Shown here: one piece after another, positions 36,019 through 46,107 of the stretch
How the letters are laid out: each line of letters starts with the position of its first letter
Numbering within the stretch: position 1 is the first letter of the stretch
Virus record (IMG/VR): IMGVR_UViG_3300022752_000032
Location: 1-64,000 of that record
Source of the DNA: a virus
Taxonomy: Duplodnaviria > Caudoviricetes
Strand: one strand, 5' to 3'
DNA: 64,000 nucleotides
The notes under the pieces: generated by a model
Database searches by the model: none
Seen by the model: the letters and a program-made list of their open reading frames with translations, nothing else
Told to the model about the DNA's origin: nothing
Translations under genes and position numbers: made by a program

Positions 36019-36366
36019 CTATTCGTCTTCTGTAGAGTAAAAATTAAACTCAAAATCCTTTGAAAACTCATCATTGGTAAAGTATATTTCTTCTTGCTTC
36101 TTTAACTCATATATTCCAGCAATAGTTACTGATCCACACATACAGCAGACATCTACAGAGCCAGTGTTTATTATTGTTGGCATATCTACACCAACAAGTT
36201 TTACAAGGATGTTGCCATCCTCATTCACACTCTGAGGCTCCCACTTGGAGTGCTCTTCCATCCAGCACAACTCGCAGAGAGCCATAGGGCTAACTATTGA
36301 ACTGTCTTCCATACATAGCCTTTCTTTAGGCGTATCTAGTAGGACAATTCTAGTTGTATTTTCCAT
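36019..36366 (-). CDS. Hypothetical Zn-binding protein
   Basis: CELC and CCMC; true start may be the ATG at 36312. Confidence 0.55.
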   Translation of the reverse strand: MENTTRIVLLDTPKERLCMEDSSIVSPMALCELCWMEEHSKWEPQSVNEDGNILVKLVGVDMPTIINTGSVDVCCMCGSVTIAGIYELKKQEEIYFTNDEFSKDFEFNFYSTEDE

Positions 36367-36367
36367 T

Positions 36368-36646
36368 CTATATTTGTTTTAAATCTATATTTACAGGAAT
36401 TCTTTTGTGCTTTCTTATATTAGTTCTATCTTTGGGACTTAGTCCTCCCCAAAAACCAAACAGTTCATTTTTAATAGCCCAGTCAGCACACTCGGCTTTA
36501 TGAGGACATTTTTTGCATATGGAGTTTGCCATAGCATATGTATTCATTGAATCAACTTTTCTTTCATCTTTATCATCAGTATAAAATATATCTACACCAA
36601 CTTCTGCGCATAACGGTTCTTCAAATTCCCATGGTCCACGAGACAC
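36368..36646 (-). CDS. whiB: WhiB-family transcription factor
   Basis: C..CKKC..C plus GFWGG. Confidence 0.9.
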   Translation of the reverse strand: MSRGPWEFEEPLCAEVGVDIFYTDDKDERKVDSMNTYAMANSICKKCPHKAECADWAIKNELFGFWGGLSPKDRTNIRKHKRIPVNIDLKQI

Positions 36647-36692
36647 TTGGCTCTCCTTTTAAAGTTTGGTTATCGGGTTATTTACTTACAAA

Positions 36693-37019
36693 TTACTTTT
36701 GTTTATTCTCCAAGTTCCCGACCTCATAACCACATGCAGCATAACCAGCAATATCAACCCAAGTGTCAGGTTGAAAACCAGACTTAGAAGCATACCTAGC
36801 CACTTTAAGACCAACCATCATCATTGCAACATCTTCATTGGTAATTTCAATACCTAAAATTACAGACCAAATCTTTGCTGTTCGTTCAAAATTATCTTCA
36901 GGATTTCCGTACTGTTTATTGCGCTCCCCAGAAATAATTCTGGCGGCTTCCCGTAGCGCCTCAACTCGTAAGGTAGTAGGTTCATTAGTTGTTGGTGTTT
37001 CTTCGTTACCTGATGTCAT
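36693..37019 (-). CDS. DUF6378-like phage protein
   Basis: R..QYG.P..NF..TA..W, LKVAR, DTWVDIAGYA. Confidence 0.75.
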   Translation of the reverse strand: MTSGNEETPTTNEPTTLRVEALREAARIISGERNKQYGNPEDNFERTAKIWSVILGIEITNEDVAMMMVGLKVARYASKSGFQPDTWVDIAGYAACGYEVGNLENKQK

Positions 37020-37224
37020 CTTTTATCCTCGCTATCACTTGAGCATTGTATTTTTTGGGAAGATTTTTATCAGAGGTGCCGTCAATAGTTACCTCATAAT
37101 TAACATATTTTAGTGGGTCATCAGAGTTTATGGCAAGGTACAAAGATATTTCTTCTTTGATATTGTCAATAATCTCTTGATGATTATTCCCAACTACAGA
37201 GAACTTATATGTAACTGTTTTCAA
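37006..37224 (-). CDS. Hypothetical protein
   Basis: 72-aa ORF packed in the operon. Confidence 0.5.
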   Translation of the reverse strand: MKTVTYKFSVVGNNHQEIIDNIKEEISLYLAINSDDPLKYVNYEVTIDGTSDKNLPKKYNAQVIARIKDDIR

Positions 37225-37225
37225 G

Positions 37226-37657
37226 TTACAAGCGTTTCTCTAATTGATCTGGTCTTAAATGAACTCCGTCTAAAAGAGGAGCTTTATTATCATCACTTTT
37301 AATAATAATATCTCCATAACGAATTCCTACAACCCGACCTCTCCTTCCATTAAAGTCTTTACCGCTCTTATTATCAAAAGCATCAGACTTTATTCGCACG
37401 TAATCTGCCAAAACAATTGAGCCAGGAGTTACTTGAATCCAAGTCTCGCCCTTTTCTTCTTTTACAAGAGCATGACCTAATGACAACTTAGCAAAGATAG
37501 CAATAATATCTTTAGAGTAGTCAACTTTCTGTTCTTTATTCTTTTCTTTCACATCTTCCCAAGACTTGAGAAGAGTTAAAACAGAGTCACCAACAATTCT
37601 TCTGGTCTTGTTTTTTGTCAGTTGCTCTTTTACCCAGGCGATATCTACATCAGCCAT
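37226..37657 (-). CDS. Hypothetical protein with SH3/KOW-like C-terminus
   Basis: 143 aa; DYVRI..NGRRGRVVGIRYGD; AAGGA RBS. Confidence 0.6.
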   Translation of the reverse strand: MADVDIAWVKEQLTKNKTRRIVGDSVLTLLKSWEDVKEKNKEQKVDYSKDIIAIFAKLSLGHALVKEEKGETWIQVTPGSIVLADYVRIKSDAFDNKSGKDFNGRRGRVVGIRYGDIIIKSDDNKAPLLDGVHLRPDQLEKRL

Positions 37658-37687
37658 TTTTTGTTCCTTTCCTAGTTAGTTTGTTTA

Positions 37688-38698
37688 TTACTTTTGTAGC
37701 AGTATGTTTCCTATATTTTCTTTTACACTCTCCCATGAGGGTATATTTTGAATATAAGACTCTTTCTGTTTCTTAGATACTTCCACTCTTTCAATAGGGC
37801 TCATCTCCTCTATAGCGTTTGGAAGCATTGACCATTCTGGACCCATATACGTAGTTAACCTCCAATCAGTAATTGCAGGTACTCCTATGTACAGCGCTTG
37901 AGATAAAGTTGGAAACCACCAAGGATTTCCAGATTTATAAACTGAAACTAAAACTCCCATTGAACTAGATATTCTAGTCAATATGTCTTTATTGCCTTCC
38001 CACTTAGTTGCTCTGTAGTTAAGTTGCGGGTTGGATAAAGAAACAGATACCTTACGATACCAATCGGTCTTGGGATTGTCTATGCACCAATAACTTCCAT
38101 CAGCATAATTGTGTATCGGATTATTAATTTCTAAAAGATAGGCGTCTGGGTTAACTAAGAATAATTTTGTTTTATTTATATTAGGTATGTATTTAGTGAC
38201 TACCTCTTCAGTAGACCAAGGATAAGACGGAATAATTGTTTTAGGCCAAGCACCGCCATAAAGTTTTCTAGCGCCCTCTATTACGTTTTCATAGTTTTTA
38301 GGCTCTAAAGCTAACTTGTACTCTCGCTTTTTAGAGTAGAAACTGCCAAAGAAAGACTCTGGCTTCCTGTATATATCTCCTAGACTAAAGTAAAGTTTGT
38401 GAGGATCTATGGTGTCTATAAAAAGAGAAAGAGTTCCTAAGTCACTAGCGTGATTTATTACGGATAAAGCGCCGTATGCCCTGTGGGATGCAATACCTGT
38501 TGGCTTAGCAATACCCACCAAAATGACGTCATATTGAGATAAATAATCTTTAGTCATAGTTACTGAAGGATCTTCCCAAGTAACATCAAAACCTAATTCA
38601 GTTAAAGCACTATTAATATTTCCAGCAAATGAAGGAACTTTTTCGTTTGTATTTTTGGATGCGTGAGAGGCTGTGCACCCTGTAATTAATACCTTCAT
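37688..38698 (-). CDS. Putative GT-B-fold glycosyltransferase
   Basis: 336 aa; MKVLITG, YDVILVG, SQALYIGVPAITD. Confidence 0.5.
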   Translation of the reverse strand: MKVLITGCTASHASKNTNEKVPSFAGNINSALTELGFDVTWEDPSVTMTKDYLSQYDVILVGIAKPTGIASHRAYGALSVINHASDLGTLSLFIDTIDPHKLYFSLGDIYRKPESFFGSFYSKKREYKLALEPKNYENVIEGARKLYGGAWPKTIIPSYPWSTEEVVTKYIPNINKTKLFLVNPDAYLLEINNPIHNYADGSYWCIDNPKTDWYRKVSVSLSNPQLNYRATKWEGNKDILTRISSSMGVLVSVYKSGNPWWFPTLSQALYIGVPAITDWRLTTYMGPEWSMLPNAIEEMSPIERVEVSKKQKESYIQNIPSWESVKENIGNILLQK

Positions 38699-38722
38699 AT
38701 AAACCTCTTATATCTAAGATGG

Positions 38723-38771
38723 TTACTAGATGTTGTTGGTAATTCCCCTGAACAACAACAACATCTAGTAA
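38723..38771. repeat. 16-bp perfect inverted repeat (hairpin)
   Basis: TTACTAGATGTTGTTG-N17-CAACAACATCTAGTAA downstream of the SSB gene. Confidence 0.8.
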
Positions 38772-38785
38772 ACTCTATTTTTTAT

Positions 38786-39301
38786 TTAGAACGGAGCAGC
38801 AGGAGCAGCAGCAGGTGCTGGCGCTGGAGCTGGTGCAGGTGCTGGCGCTGGAGCAGCGGCAACTGGAGCAGATGCTGCAGAAGTTTGCGCAGCGTTTGGA
38901 TAGTAGTTCTTGATTTCGTTCTTTTTAGAACCATTCCAAGTACGTGTTCCAACTTGAGCACGGAAACGTTTACCAGTAATTATTTGCTCAATCTGAGCAT
39001 TGGTTGGCGCTGGTTGCTGTAAGAAGTAATCACGAGGAACACCAAGAGCATGCATCTTTTTGAAAAAGATACCAAGTGCGGCAGGACTGTCTGGAGAAAC
39101 AACTAAGTTATCCCAAACAAGACGCTTGTTATGAGCGCCACCTTCAACCTGCGCTTTTATAGAGAACATTGTTTTGCCACTCTGTGTCATTTTATGTGTA
39201 GCCTCTAGGACTAGAACATCGTAATCACCATCTGGAAGCGGATCATAGTTACCTGATTCGCCTGCTTCTTTGATGAGGTCACCCCAATTTAGAGTACTCA
39301 T
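38786..39301 (-). CDS. Single-stranded DNA-binding protein (DUF669-like)
   Basis: PLPDGDY, SGKTMF, NEIKNY, AP-rich tail ending APF. Confidence 0.75.
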   Translation of the reverse strand: MSTLNWGDLIKEAGESGNYDPLPDGDYDVLVLEATHKMTQSGKTMFSIKAQVEGGAHNKRLVWDNLVVSPDSPAALGIFFKKMHALGVPRDYFLQQPAPTNAQIEQIITGKRFRAQVGTRTWNGSKKNEIKNYYPNAAQTSAASAPVAAAPAPAPAPAPAPAPAAAPAAPF

Positions 39302-39304
39302 TTG

Positions 39305-40084
39305 TTATACCTCTTTCTTTTCTTTAGTTGTTTTATCTTGAGTAGTTTGCTTAGTTCCAAAAATGGTATTAAGCATTACTTCAATTGATAACTTATCTTG
39401 CTCGACTATAGAACCTAGACGACCTTGTACTCGCTCGCCAGCCTCATAATCGTTTGTTCTTTCCACATACATACGCCTTACTTTATAAGGAGGCTGTAGT
39501 GGGTCTGGATTTGCCATTTGCTCTACTGTCAACGCACCAAGAATGTCGTAAAAATATGGTGCTTGAATTGCTAGTTGACCTTGTAGATATGGACGGTGTC
39601 TTCCATCCTGGCTTGTTCTTGACATAGCAGTAAGTACAACTGCTTCAAGAGGATTTGTAGCATGCATAGTTAGATCGCGAAGATCACGAAGAAGCCCACC
39701 CATGTGACGAAGAAGTTCGCCCCACTGTTGCATCTTCATTTGTTCTGTACCTGCGATGCTATCCATACATTTAACTTGTAGTTCAGAGATTGAATCAATA
39801 ATCAAACTCTTGAAATGATGCTTTCCAAGTTGTAACCACTGATAAACCTTGATAACAGTGTCATAGTCACGAACTGTAACTACAACAGTGTCCCAAGTTC
39901 CATCAGCGATTGGTGGTTCCTCGCGAAGAGGATCCCAATACTTAACAACGATAGGTAGGAATCGGTGCCCACCCTCGACGTCAAGCATGAGTCGTGGGTA
40001 TGGAGCAGTTACAGCAAAAGTAGATTTACCTACCTTGCTTTCTCCGTACACCATAACCGTAAGAGAGCGTTGGATCTCACTCAT
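39305..40084 (-). CDS. AAA ATPase (Sak4/AAA_24-like recombination protein)
   Basis: YGESKVGKST, LDVEGG, IIDSISE. Confidence 0.85.
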   Translation of the reverse strand: MSEIQRSLTVMVYGESKVGKSTFAVTAPYPRLMLDVEGGHRFLPIVVKYWDPLREEPPIADGTWDTVVVTVRDYDTVIKVYQWLQLGKHHFKSLIIDSISELQVKCMDSIAGTEQMKMQQWGELLRHMGGLLRDLRDLTMHATNPLEAVVLTAMSRTSQDGRHRPYLQGQLAIQAPYFYDILGALTVEQMANPDPLQPPYKVRRMYVERTNDYEAGERVQGRLGSIVEQDKLSIEVMLNTIFGTKQTTQDKTTKEKKEV

Positions 40085-40087
40085 ACG

Positions 40088-41014
40088 TCACTCGCCTCCT
40101 TTTTTCTCTGTGTCGTAATATGCATAAGGATCAGTCTCCTCATACATTTCACTAAGTGCTTGTTCAGCGGCGCTTCCGTCGTCAAACATTGGGCAGATAG
40201 CAAAAAATTGGCATTTCCATTTACAGTCACGACTTGGTTTTGGATAAGCATTAAAGGCATGACTCTCGCCAGCATCTAACGCTTGTCTTACTCTCATTAA
40301 ATCTGTGATTGTTCCGTGAATTCTATTCCAGAAGGAACGTAAAGTAAATATGTTATGGCGAATTTCTACTTGATCATAGAACGGAGGTTTAGCAGCCGCA
40401 GTTCTACGAACTTTTTTAAGAAGAGTAAATATTCCGCCTTCACTTCTTTCTTTTTCATCTGTTTTAGTAGACTCTAAAAGCATGTATGTCATAACCTGCT
40501 CATTCATGTGAGCCATATTTGCAAACTCAGATAGAGAGCCTCCTACAGTTTTAAAATCTCTAAACATTCTTACGCCATCGGCTTTACGACGAACACGCAT
40601 ATCAAGTTTTCCTTGAAGTTCTACTTCCCCATTAAACAGTGGAGCAATAATTGTTTCTTCAGTTGAAATCATCTCAAGCTCTGCATCAATACCATTTTCT
40701 TCTACCCATTGCTCATAGCCCTCGAGCATGATGCGACCTAACTCTCCTTCTGTTTCAAGGTTAGACACATCTCTAAAATCTTGTAGTAAAAGTTGTTTAT
40801 CTTGTTCAATTAATTCAGAGTGTGCAGTTAGTAGAGGAACACCTTTTGCGTAGTGAGCATCTAAAGCGGCGTGAATTCTACTTCCCATAGCAAGTGGACC
40901 AGTCATATCTTGATGCTTAGGTTTTAATGAACGGTAGTAAGTTAGCCACCAACGACGGCGACAATCTTTAAATGTCTGTATTTCCGAGTTAGATAGTCTT
41001 ATGACTCCACTCAT
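40088..41014 (-). CDS. PD-(D/E)XK exonuclease (Cas4/RecB-like)
   Basis: SNSE..C, GSRIH, GKLD..DFKT, Q..Y, C-terminal CKWKC..C. Confidence 0.85.
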   Translation of the reverse strand: MSGVIRLSNSEIQTFKDCRRRWWLTYYRSLKPKHQDMTGPLAMGSRIHAALDAHYAKGVPLLTAHSELIEQDKQLLLQDFRDVSNLETEGELGRIMLEGYEQWVEENGIDAELEMISTEETIIAPLFNGEVELQGKLDMRVRRKADGVRMFRDFKTVGGSLSEFANMAHMNEQVMTYMLLESTKTDEKERSEGGIFTLLKKVRRTAAAKPPFYDQVEIRHNIFTLRSFWNRIHGTITDLMRVRQALDAGESHAFNAYPKPSRDCKWKCQFFAICPMFDDGSAAEQALSEMYEETDPYAYYDTEKKGGE

Positions 41015-42810
41015 AGGTTTCCTGTCTTATCATCTTGTAGTAGTTTTAGAAGTTGATCTTTATCTTTAACAATTTGTTCAAAGTTATCGGCTTTAGTTTC
41101 TAAAACTTGGATAACTCTCTCTTCTATAGTTCCTTCCGTAACATAGTCGGTAATTACTATAGAGTCATGTATTTCACTTCCAATTCTGTGTACGCGATCT
41201 AATACTTGCTTATAATCAACTAAAGACCAAGGTCTTTGAAGCATTATCAGACGACGAGCAGCGGTCAGTGTGATTCCAACTCCTCCCGCTTGGGCTGTAA
41301 ACAGAATCCATTTTATTGCTCCAGACTGAAAATCGTCAATAGCCTTCTGACGTTCATCCTCATCTTGATCTCCTGTAATTAATCCGTGAGAAATTTTTTT
41401 CTTTGTTAACTCAGCGCTCAGCAGATTAATAAGTTGTTTAGAGACGGCGCTTACCGCTACAGAGTCATCTCCAAAGTCTCCGTTTTCAATATCATCCATC
41501 AGAGCATCAATTTTGCATGAAGGAGCATCTAATACTGCTCTAGGCTCACCAGTAACTTCATTGGTGGCAATAGTTGCATAAGAACTAGCAAATTGAAGAA
41601 GTCTAATTGTTTGAGTTAGAACGCTAGGTGCTGCGAGAGTATCGCCAGACTCAAGTTCAGAGATCATTAAGTCTCTCATCTGCTCATAAGCTTTTTTCTG
41701 CTTAGTAGACATCTCTACATCTCTGCGCTCTTTTAGAACTGGAGGCAGGTTTGGTAGTACAACCTTTTTAAGCATGCGTCTCATGTATGGATTTACGCTT
41801 TTATAAAACTCATCCTGCATCTGAGGCTTAACTCCTAGAACCATCATTCCACCAAAAGCATTAAGCATTACATCAACCATTCGATCAATCCATTTTGTCT
41901 TGCTAGGCCAGTCCTTTGGAGAGATCCAGTGAAGTATTGACCAAAGATCTACAACATTGTTAGCAATAGGTGTTCCAGTTAATGCAAAGCGAATCTCAGA
42001 AGTGCCAGAGGCAGACCAAAGAGCACGAGACTGTTTTGACTTGGGGTCTTTACTTCTATGAATCTCATCTGCAACTACTGCTTTAAATTTAAAGTTGTTT
42101 AACTCTCTTAAATGTACTTCGCAACGATTCTCGCTAATCTTTTCATCTTGACCACCACAAGCACGGCATCTTGTTAAAGAGATAGATCCGTAAGGAGAAA
42201 GTCTTGAGTGAGAACGGAGTGACTCCCAGTTAATAATAAAAATTTGCGCTGGTTGTTCAAATTGTTTTTTGCGTTGAACAGCAGATCCTTTAATAACTTG
42301 TGTACTTACATCTGGCCACCATCTAGCAAACTCTCTTGCCCAGTTATTCTTTAAAGTGTTAGGGCAAACAATAAGGATAGGGAAAACCTCTTCTCCTTTA
42401 TCGTTTAACTCTTTTAAAGCTCTAATAGCCTGAGCAGTCTTACCTAAGCCAGGTTCATCGGCTAGAAGGGCTCTTTTAGCGGTTGCTAGGAAGGCAACTC
42501 CTGCTCTTTGATGAGGGAATAGCACCTCATCGCCTTCATAGGTCTCTAACTCTCTTAAAGCGTTAGCAGGGGCAATTCTTGTCTCTAACTGATTAGCTGC
42601 CCAAGCGCCTAAAGTAGGTTTTATCTCTAAATCACTGCGGAAAGTGGAGCGTAAGGCTAAACAGGTTGTCCAACTTAGGGGGACTCTCCAAACCTGCTCA
42701 GAAGCGCTCCAGGAGGCTCCTGGGAGGCTTTTACAGAGTTCTTTGTAGCGCCAGTCAGCACTTATAAGGATATGTTCGCCTTGGGCATCTATATCTACAG
42801 ATACTGCCAC
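41011..42810 (-). CDS. SNF2-family DNA helicase
   Basis: DEPGLGKT, DEIH, LTGTP, DRVHRIG; CRAC..CEVH insert. Confidence 0.92.
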   Translation of the reverse strand: MAVSVDIDAQGEHILISADWRYKELCKSLPGASWSASEQVWRVPLSWTTCLALRSTFRSDLEIKPTLGAWAANQLETRIAPANALRELETYEGDEVLFPHQRAGVAFLATAKRALLADEPGLGKTAQAIRALKELNDKGEEVFPILIVCPNTLKNNWAREFARWWPDVSTQVIKGSAVQRKKQFEQPAQIFIINWESLRSHSRLSPYGSISLTRCRACGGQDEKISENRCEVHLRELNNFKFKAVVADEIHRSKDPKSKQSRALWSASGTSEIRFALTGTPIANNVVDLWSILHWISPKDWPSKTKWIDRMVDVMLNAFGGMMVLGVKPQMQDEFYKSVNPYMRRMLKKVVLPNLPPVLKERRDVEMSTKQKKAYEQMRDLMISELESGDTLAAPSVLTQTIRLLQFASSYATIATNEVTGEPRAVLDAPSCKIDALMDDIENGDFGDDSVAVSAVSKQLINLLSAELTKKKISHGLITGDQDEDERQKAIDDFQSGAIKWILFTAQAGGVGITLTAARRLIMLQRPWSLVDYKQVLDRVHRIGSEIHDSIVITDYVTEGTIEERVIQVLETKADNFEQIVKDKDQLLKLLQDDKTGNL

Positions 42811-42871
42811 TTTTACTCCCTACCTATATATGGACTGAAATAGTTTTTAAATTATTTTTTTCTGTCCATAC

Positions 42872-43351
42872 CTATTTTAACAGAACTAATGGCTTCCAAC
42901 CGATCTTAACCAACTTTAAAAGGGCGTGTCGTATGGCGTCATTTGCATGGCCTTCTCCGCCTTTATGCCAAGTGCCTAACTTCTTTAAAGCATCATTAGG
43001 AAACATAGTTTTGGCATCAACAGGGGATTGAAAAATAATTTTTTCAGGGTCATATTCTTTAGTTCGACACATATGCTTTAAAACCCCTATCTGTTCAAGG
43101 CTAAATGGCGCTTGTGAGTTTCTCACTGTCTGAGCAGTAATAACAAATCGCTCACAAACCACCAAAACATTATCGTAGGACGCAGCCGAGGAAAAAGCAA
43201 TAGACATAGCCGTGTCTATCCAAGAAGCAAAAGTTTCTGGATCAACTTCTGCTGACATCTTTACTACTGGAGCCTCTTCTGGCAAGCCAGACCATTCAAC
43301 TAAACAAACTCCTGTTGCTTTACCAGGATCTACAGAAACTATATATTTCAT
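42872..43351 (-). CDS. RuvC-like Holliday junction resolvase
   Basis: VDPGKATG, CERF, HANDAIRH; start overlaps the polymerase stop. Confidence 0.78.
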   Translation of the reverse strand: MKYIVSVDPGKATGVCLVEWSGLPEEAPVVKMSAEVDPETFASWIDTAMSIAFSSAASYDNVLVVCERFVITAQTVRNSQAPFSLEQIGVLKHMCRTKEYDPEKIIFQSPVDAKTMFPNDALKKLGTWHKGGEGHANDAIRHALLKLVKIGWKPLVLLK

Positions 43352-45171
43352 CAGTACTTTTGTCCCCAGTTCTCTAATGGACCATCTATTCCAGCAGTTA
43401 GTGGAACATCCCAACCTTCAGTGGTTGTCATACACTCCTGAACTACTTTTTTTACTTCCTCTGCTTCATCCCTAGGTGCTTGTAAAACAATTTCATCATG
43501 TACAGGGACGATAAGGTACTCGGTCAAGTCTGCTTGATCAAGTTTTATTAGATTACTTTTAAATATTTCTGCAGCCCCGCCTTGGATTAAGTAATTAATT
43601 AGCGTGTAGACACGTCCTTCATCGCAAGGAATCTTACGACCAGTCCAAGTGTAAATGTAACCCTGACCTTCATCCCTCTCCCTACGAGCACCAAGATTTT
43701 CAATATCTCTTTGAAACTTAATCATTCCTGGATAACGCTTATCAAAAGCATCTGATACAGATTTCATCTGAGACTCTAGAACTCCAGCAGTAAGTGCTTG
43801 TTTAGCAACACCAGCGCCATAGAGACGACCATAAACCATTCCCTTAATTAGGTTACGTCTTTTATCTGCACGAGTCATCTTTGGTTCTTGATAAACCTCT
43901 CGACCAATTTCAGTAAAGGGATCTGAGCCAGTTGCATCAGCGCGATTAAAAAGATTAATTAAATTAGGATCTTTAGATAAAGAAGCAAACATACGAAACT
44001 CAACTTGGTCAAGGTCTGAGGTAATAATTACGTGATCTTTATCTTTAGGTATAAATGCTCTGCGAACAGTGTCATCTCCTTTTGGCAGGGTTTGTAGCGC
44101 TGGATCGGTGATAGACATGCGAGATGTACGAGCACCTAAGGTCTTTACAGAAGGGTGAACAATGCCATCAATGGACTTATTTAAAAAGTTAAGGAAGTAG
44201 GTGTTTGCCAGTTTATCTGCTTTACGTTGTTTTAAAATTGTCTCAGCAAGGTTTTTAACCTCATCATTGCCATGAATTGTTAGTAGGTGAAGTTGATCTT
44301 TACTTGCAGACTTTTGACCAGAAGGGGTGGTTTCAGTTATCTCTGCGCCAAGTTTTTCAAATAACCTAACTAGTTGAATATTACTAGTTATGCTAGTTCC
44401 AGCATAGGTTTTAGCAGCCCAATCTTTTACCGACTCTGTGTAATCAATAAGTTCTTCGTACTTACGTTTTGAATACTCTAAATCAACTCTTGCCCCGTTT
44501 ATCTCCATACGGGTAACTATTTTTCTAGCAGCCATCTCGATCTCATAGGCTTTGTGATAAGGCTGATTAGGGCCGCACTTCTCGTAAAACTTTTCCCAAA
44601 GACGCATTGTTAAAATAGTATCGAGTGCTCCGTAAGACCAATAAGGCTCAAAGTTTGTAGGAACAGTTCCCCAAGTCCAACCATTTTTTGCTAGGTCAAC
44701 ATCTAACTTATCTTGAAGGTGCGCAGCATGGCCATCTACAAGTCTTGCTGATAAAGGCTTTAACCCGCCAGGACCTAGAGGATCAATAAGATGAGCCATA
44801 ATCATTGTGTCATGTGCTCGATGCCAAGGCATTTCCCAATTAGATTTAATTGCAAACCATCTTGCTTCAAATGCAATGTTGTGGCACACAATAGGTCCAT
44901 CAAATTTATTCATTGCTTCATAAAAAACTCCAGACCATTCTGCCCAAGGAATAGACCAGCCATGCATACCATCACCAACTTGAACCAAACGAAGGTCACC
45001 ATGCCAAGGAGATAAAGCATGATCTCTAGGTGAACCTAATTTTTCTCCAGTCTCGGTGTCGATTGCAATTGCATCATGAGGACGTCGCTGGCCCAACCAA
45101 AAAATAAATTCATTTGCCTTTTCTACAGAATCAACAAGGCTTACTTGAATTCCATCTAATCCGTTTGTCAT
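43351..45171 (-). CDS. polA: DNA polymerase family A with 3'-5' exonuclease
   Basis: DTET, HN..FE, Y..LD exonuclease motifs; DLDQVEFR, KGMVYGRLYG, VHDE polymerase motifs. Confidence 0.95.
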   Translation of the reverse strand: MTNGLDGIQVSLVDSVEKANEFIFWLGQRRPHDAIAIDTETGEKLGSPRDHALSPWHGDLRLVQVGDGMHGWSIPWAEWSGVFYEAMNKFDGPIVCHNIAFEARWFAIKSNWEMPWHRAHDTMIMAHLIDPLGPGGLKPLSARLVDGHAAHLQDKLDVDLAKNGWTWGTVPTNFEPYWSYGALDTILTMRLWEKFYEKCGPNQPYHKAYEIEMAARKIVTRMEINGARVDLEYSKRKYEELIDYTESVKDWAAKTYAGTSITSNIQLVRLFEKLGAEITETTPSGQKSASKDQLHLLTIHGNDEVKNLAETILKQRKADKLANTYFLNFLNKSIDGIVHPSVKTLGARTSRMSITDPALQTLPKGDDTVRRAFIPKDKDHVIITSDLDQVEFRMFASLSKDPNLINLFNRADATGSDPFTEIGREVYQEPKMTRADKRRNLIKGMVYGRLYGAGVAKQALTAGVLESQMKSVSDAFDKRYPGMIKFQRDIENLGARRERDEGQGYIYTWTGRKIPCDEGRVYTLINYLIQGGAAEIFKSNLIKLDQADLTEYLIVPVHDEIVLQAPRDEAEEVKKVVQECMTTTEGWDVPLTAGIDGPLENWGQKY

Positions 45172-45208
45172 TTATCCTTCTGTCGTTTTGATTTAGTTTA
45201 GTTCTTTT

Positions 45209-45679
45209 TTATGGAATTGTCTCTACTCTATAGATAAGATCTATATTCTCGTCATTCTTAGCGGCAATGTCTAGAAGTTTCTGAGCAACATAGGTGAGGT
45301 ATCTTGCCCCATTCTCGTTATATTTGTAAAGTGCGTCTAATACTGGCTGAGGATTATCACTTACCTGAGCCCAGTAGCGATACTTTTCTGGAAAAATAAT
45401 AGGTAAAGATCTATTAGGGGAGCACTCTTCACAAGGAATGGCGTCATCTTCAAGGTTTTCGGTGAACTCGTCAACTAAATTATATCGATCTACCTTTTCA
45501 CAGGTTGCGCCGTGATAAATTAAAGAAACTCCGATACGAGAAAGTACATAAGAACCGTTTTCAGTTTTATAAAGAGCAAACTCAATCCAGCGAACAGATC
45601 CCTTACGCCATGAAGAAGATTTACTCAGTAGTGTTCCATTAAACTGTAAAGTTCTAGAACTATCTTTTACCTCAAACAT
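45209..45679 (-). CDS. Hypothetical protein
   Basis: 156 aa; RWIEFALYKT, H..C..CEEC. Confidence 0.6.
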   Translation of the reverse strand: MFEVKDSSRTLQFNGTLLSKSSSWRKGSVRWIEFALYKTENGSYVLSRIGVSLIYHGATCEKVDRYNLVDEFTENLEDDAIPCEECSPNRSLPIIFPEKYRYWAQVSDNPQPVLDALYKYNENGARYLTYVAQKLLDIAAKNDENIDLIYRVETIP

Positions 45680-45843
45680 TATGTTTCTTTAGTTTCAGTT
45701 TCAGTAATCTTTGCTATCTCCATAAGTTGAGTTAGGTCAGCACGAAGGGAGGCAATCTGTCCTTCATAGTTTGCAGTAATTTCACCAATACGTTGTTGAA
45801 GGGCAATAATCATTAATTCGTTTTTTGTCTTTGGAGTATCCAT
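45679..45843 (-). CDS. Small coiled-coil protein (not in the ORF track)
   Basis: 54 aa MDTPKTKNELMIIALQQRIGEITANYEGQIASLRADLTQL...; TAATG-coupled to the next gene. Confidence 0.6.
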   Translation of the reverse strand: MDTPKTKNELMIIALQQRIGEITANYEGQIASLRADLTQLMEIAKITETETKET

Positions 45844-45852
45844 GTAGATATA

Positions 45853-46095
45853 TTACTCTGCCTGAATAGAGCTGTACTGAGCCTCAAGCGCTGTAATCTG
45901 AGCAATTGCTCTTGTTATAATTTTGTTTGCACTTGCTATCACGCTCTCTTCGGGCTCCTCTAAAGCATTCTGCTCTAAAATGCTTAACTCAGCGCTAAAT
46001 TTGTCAATTTCTATATCGCGTATACGGGCCTCAACAAGGTTTAACTTATCTTCTTTGCTTACAGTGGCTACTAATTGTTGCGATGTTTCCGTCAT
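45853..46095 (-). CDS. Small helical protein
   Basis: 80 aa; NALEEP motif shared with neighbour. Confidence 0.6.
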   Translation of the reverse strand: MTETSQQLVATVSKEDKLNLVEARIRDIEIDKFSAELSILEQNALEEPEESVIASANKIITRAIAQITALEAQYSSIQAE

Positions 46096-46107
46096 TTTAT
46101 CTTTACC

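Noticed and set aside
40088-41014. Cas4-like gene as part of a CRISPR-Cas system
   Set aside because: It sits in a standard phage recombination block with the AAA ATPase and SSB; no array or other cas genes
42828-42870. Imperfect inverted repeat between the RuvC-like and helicase genes
   Set aside because: Mostly A/T pairs with mismatches; too weak to call
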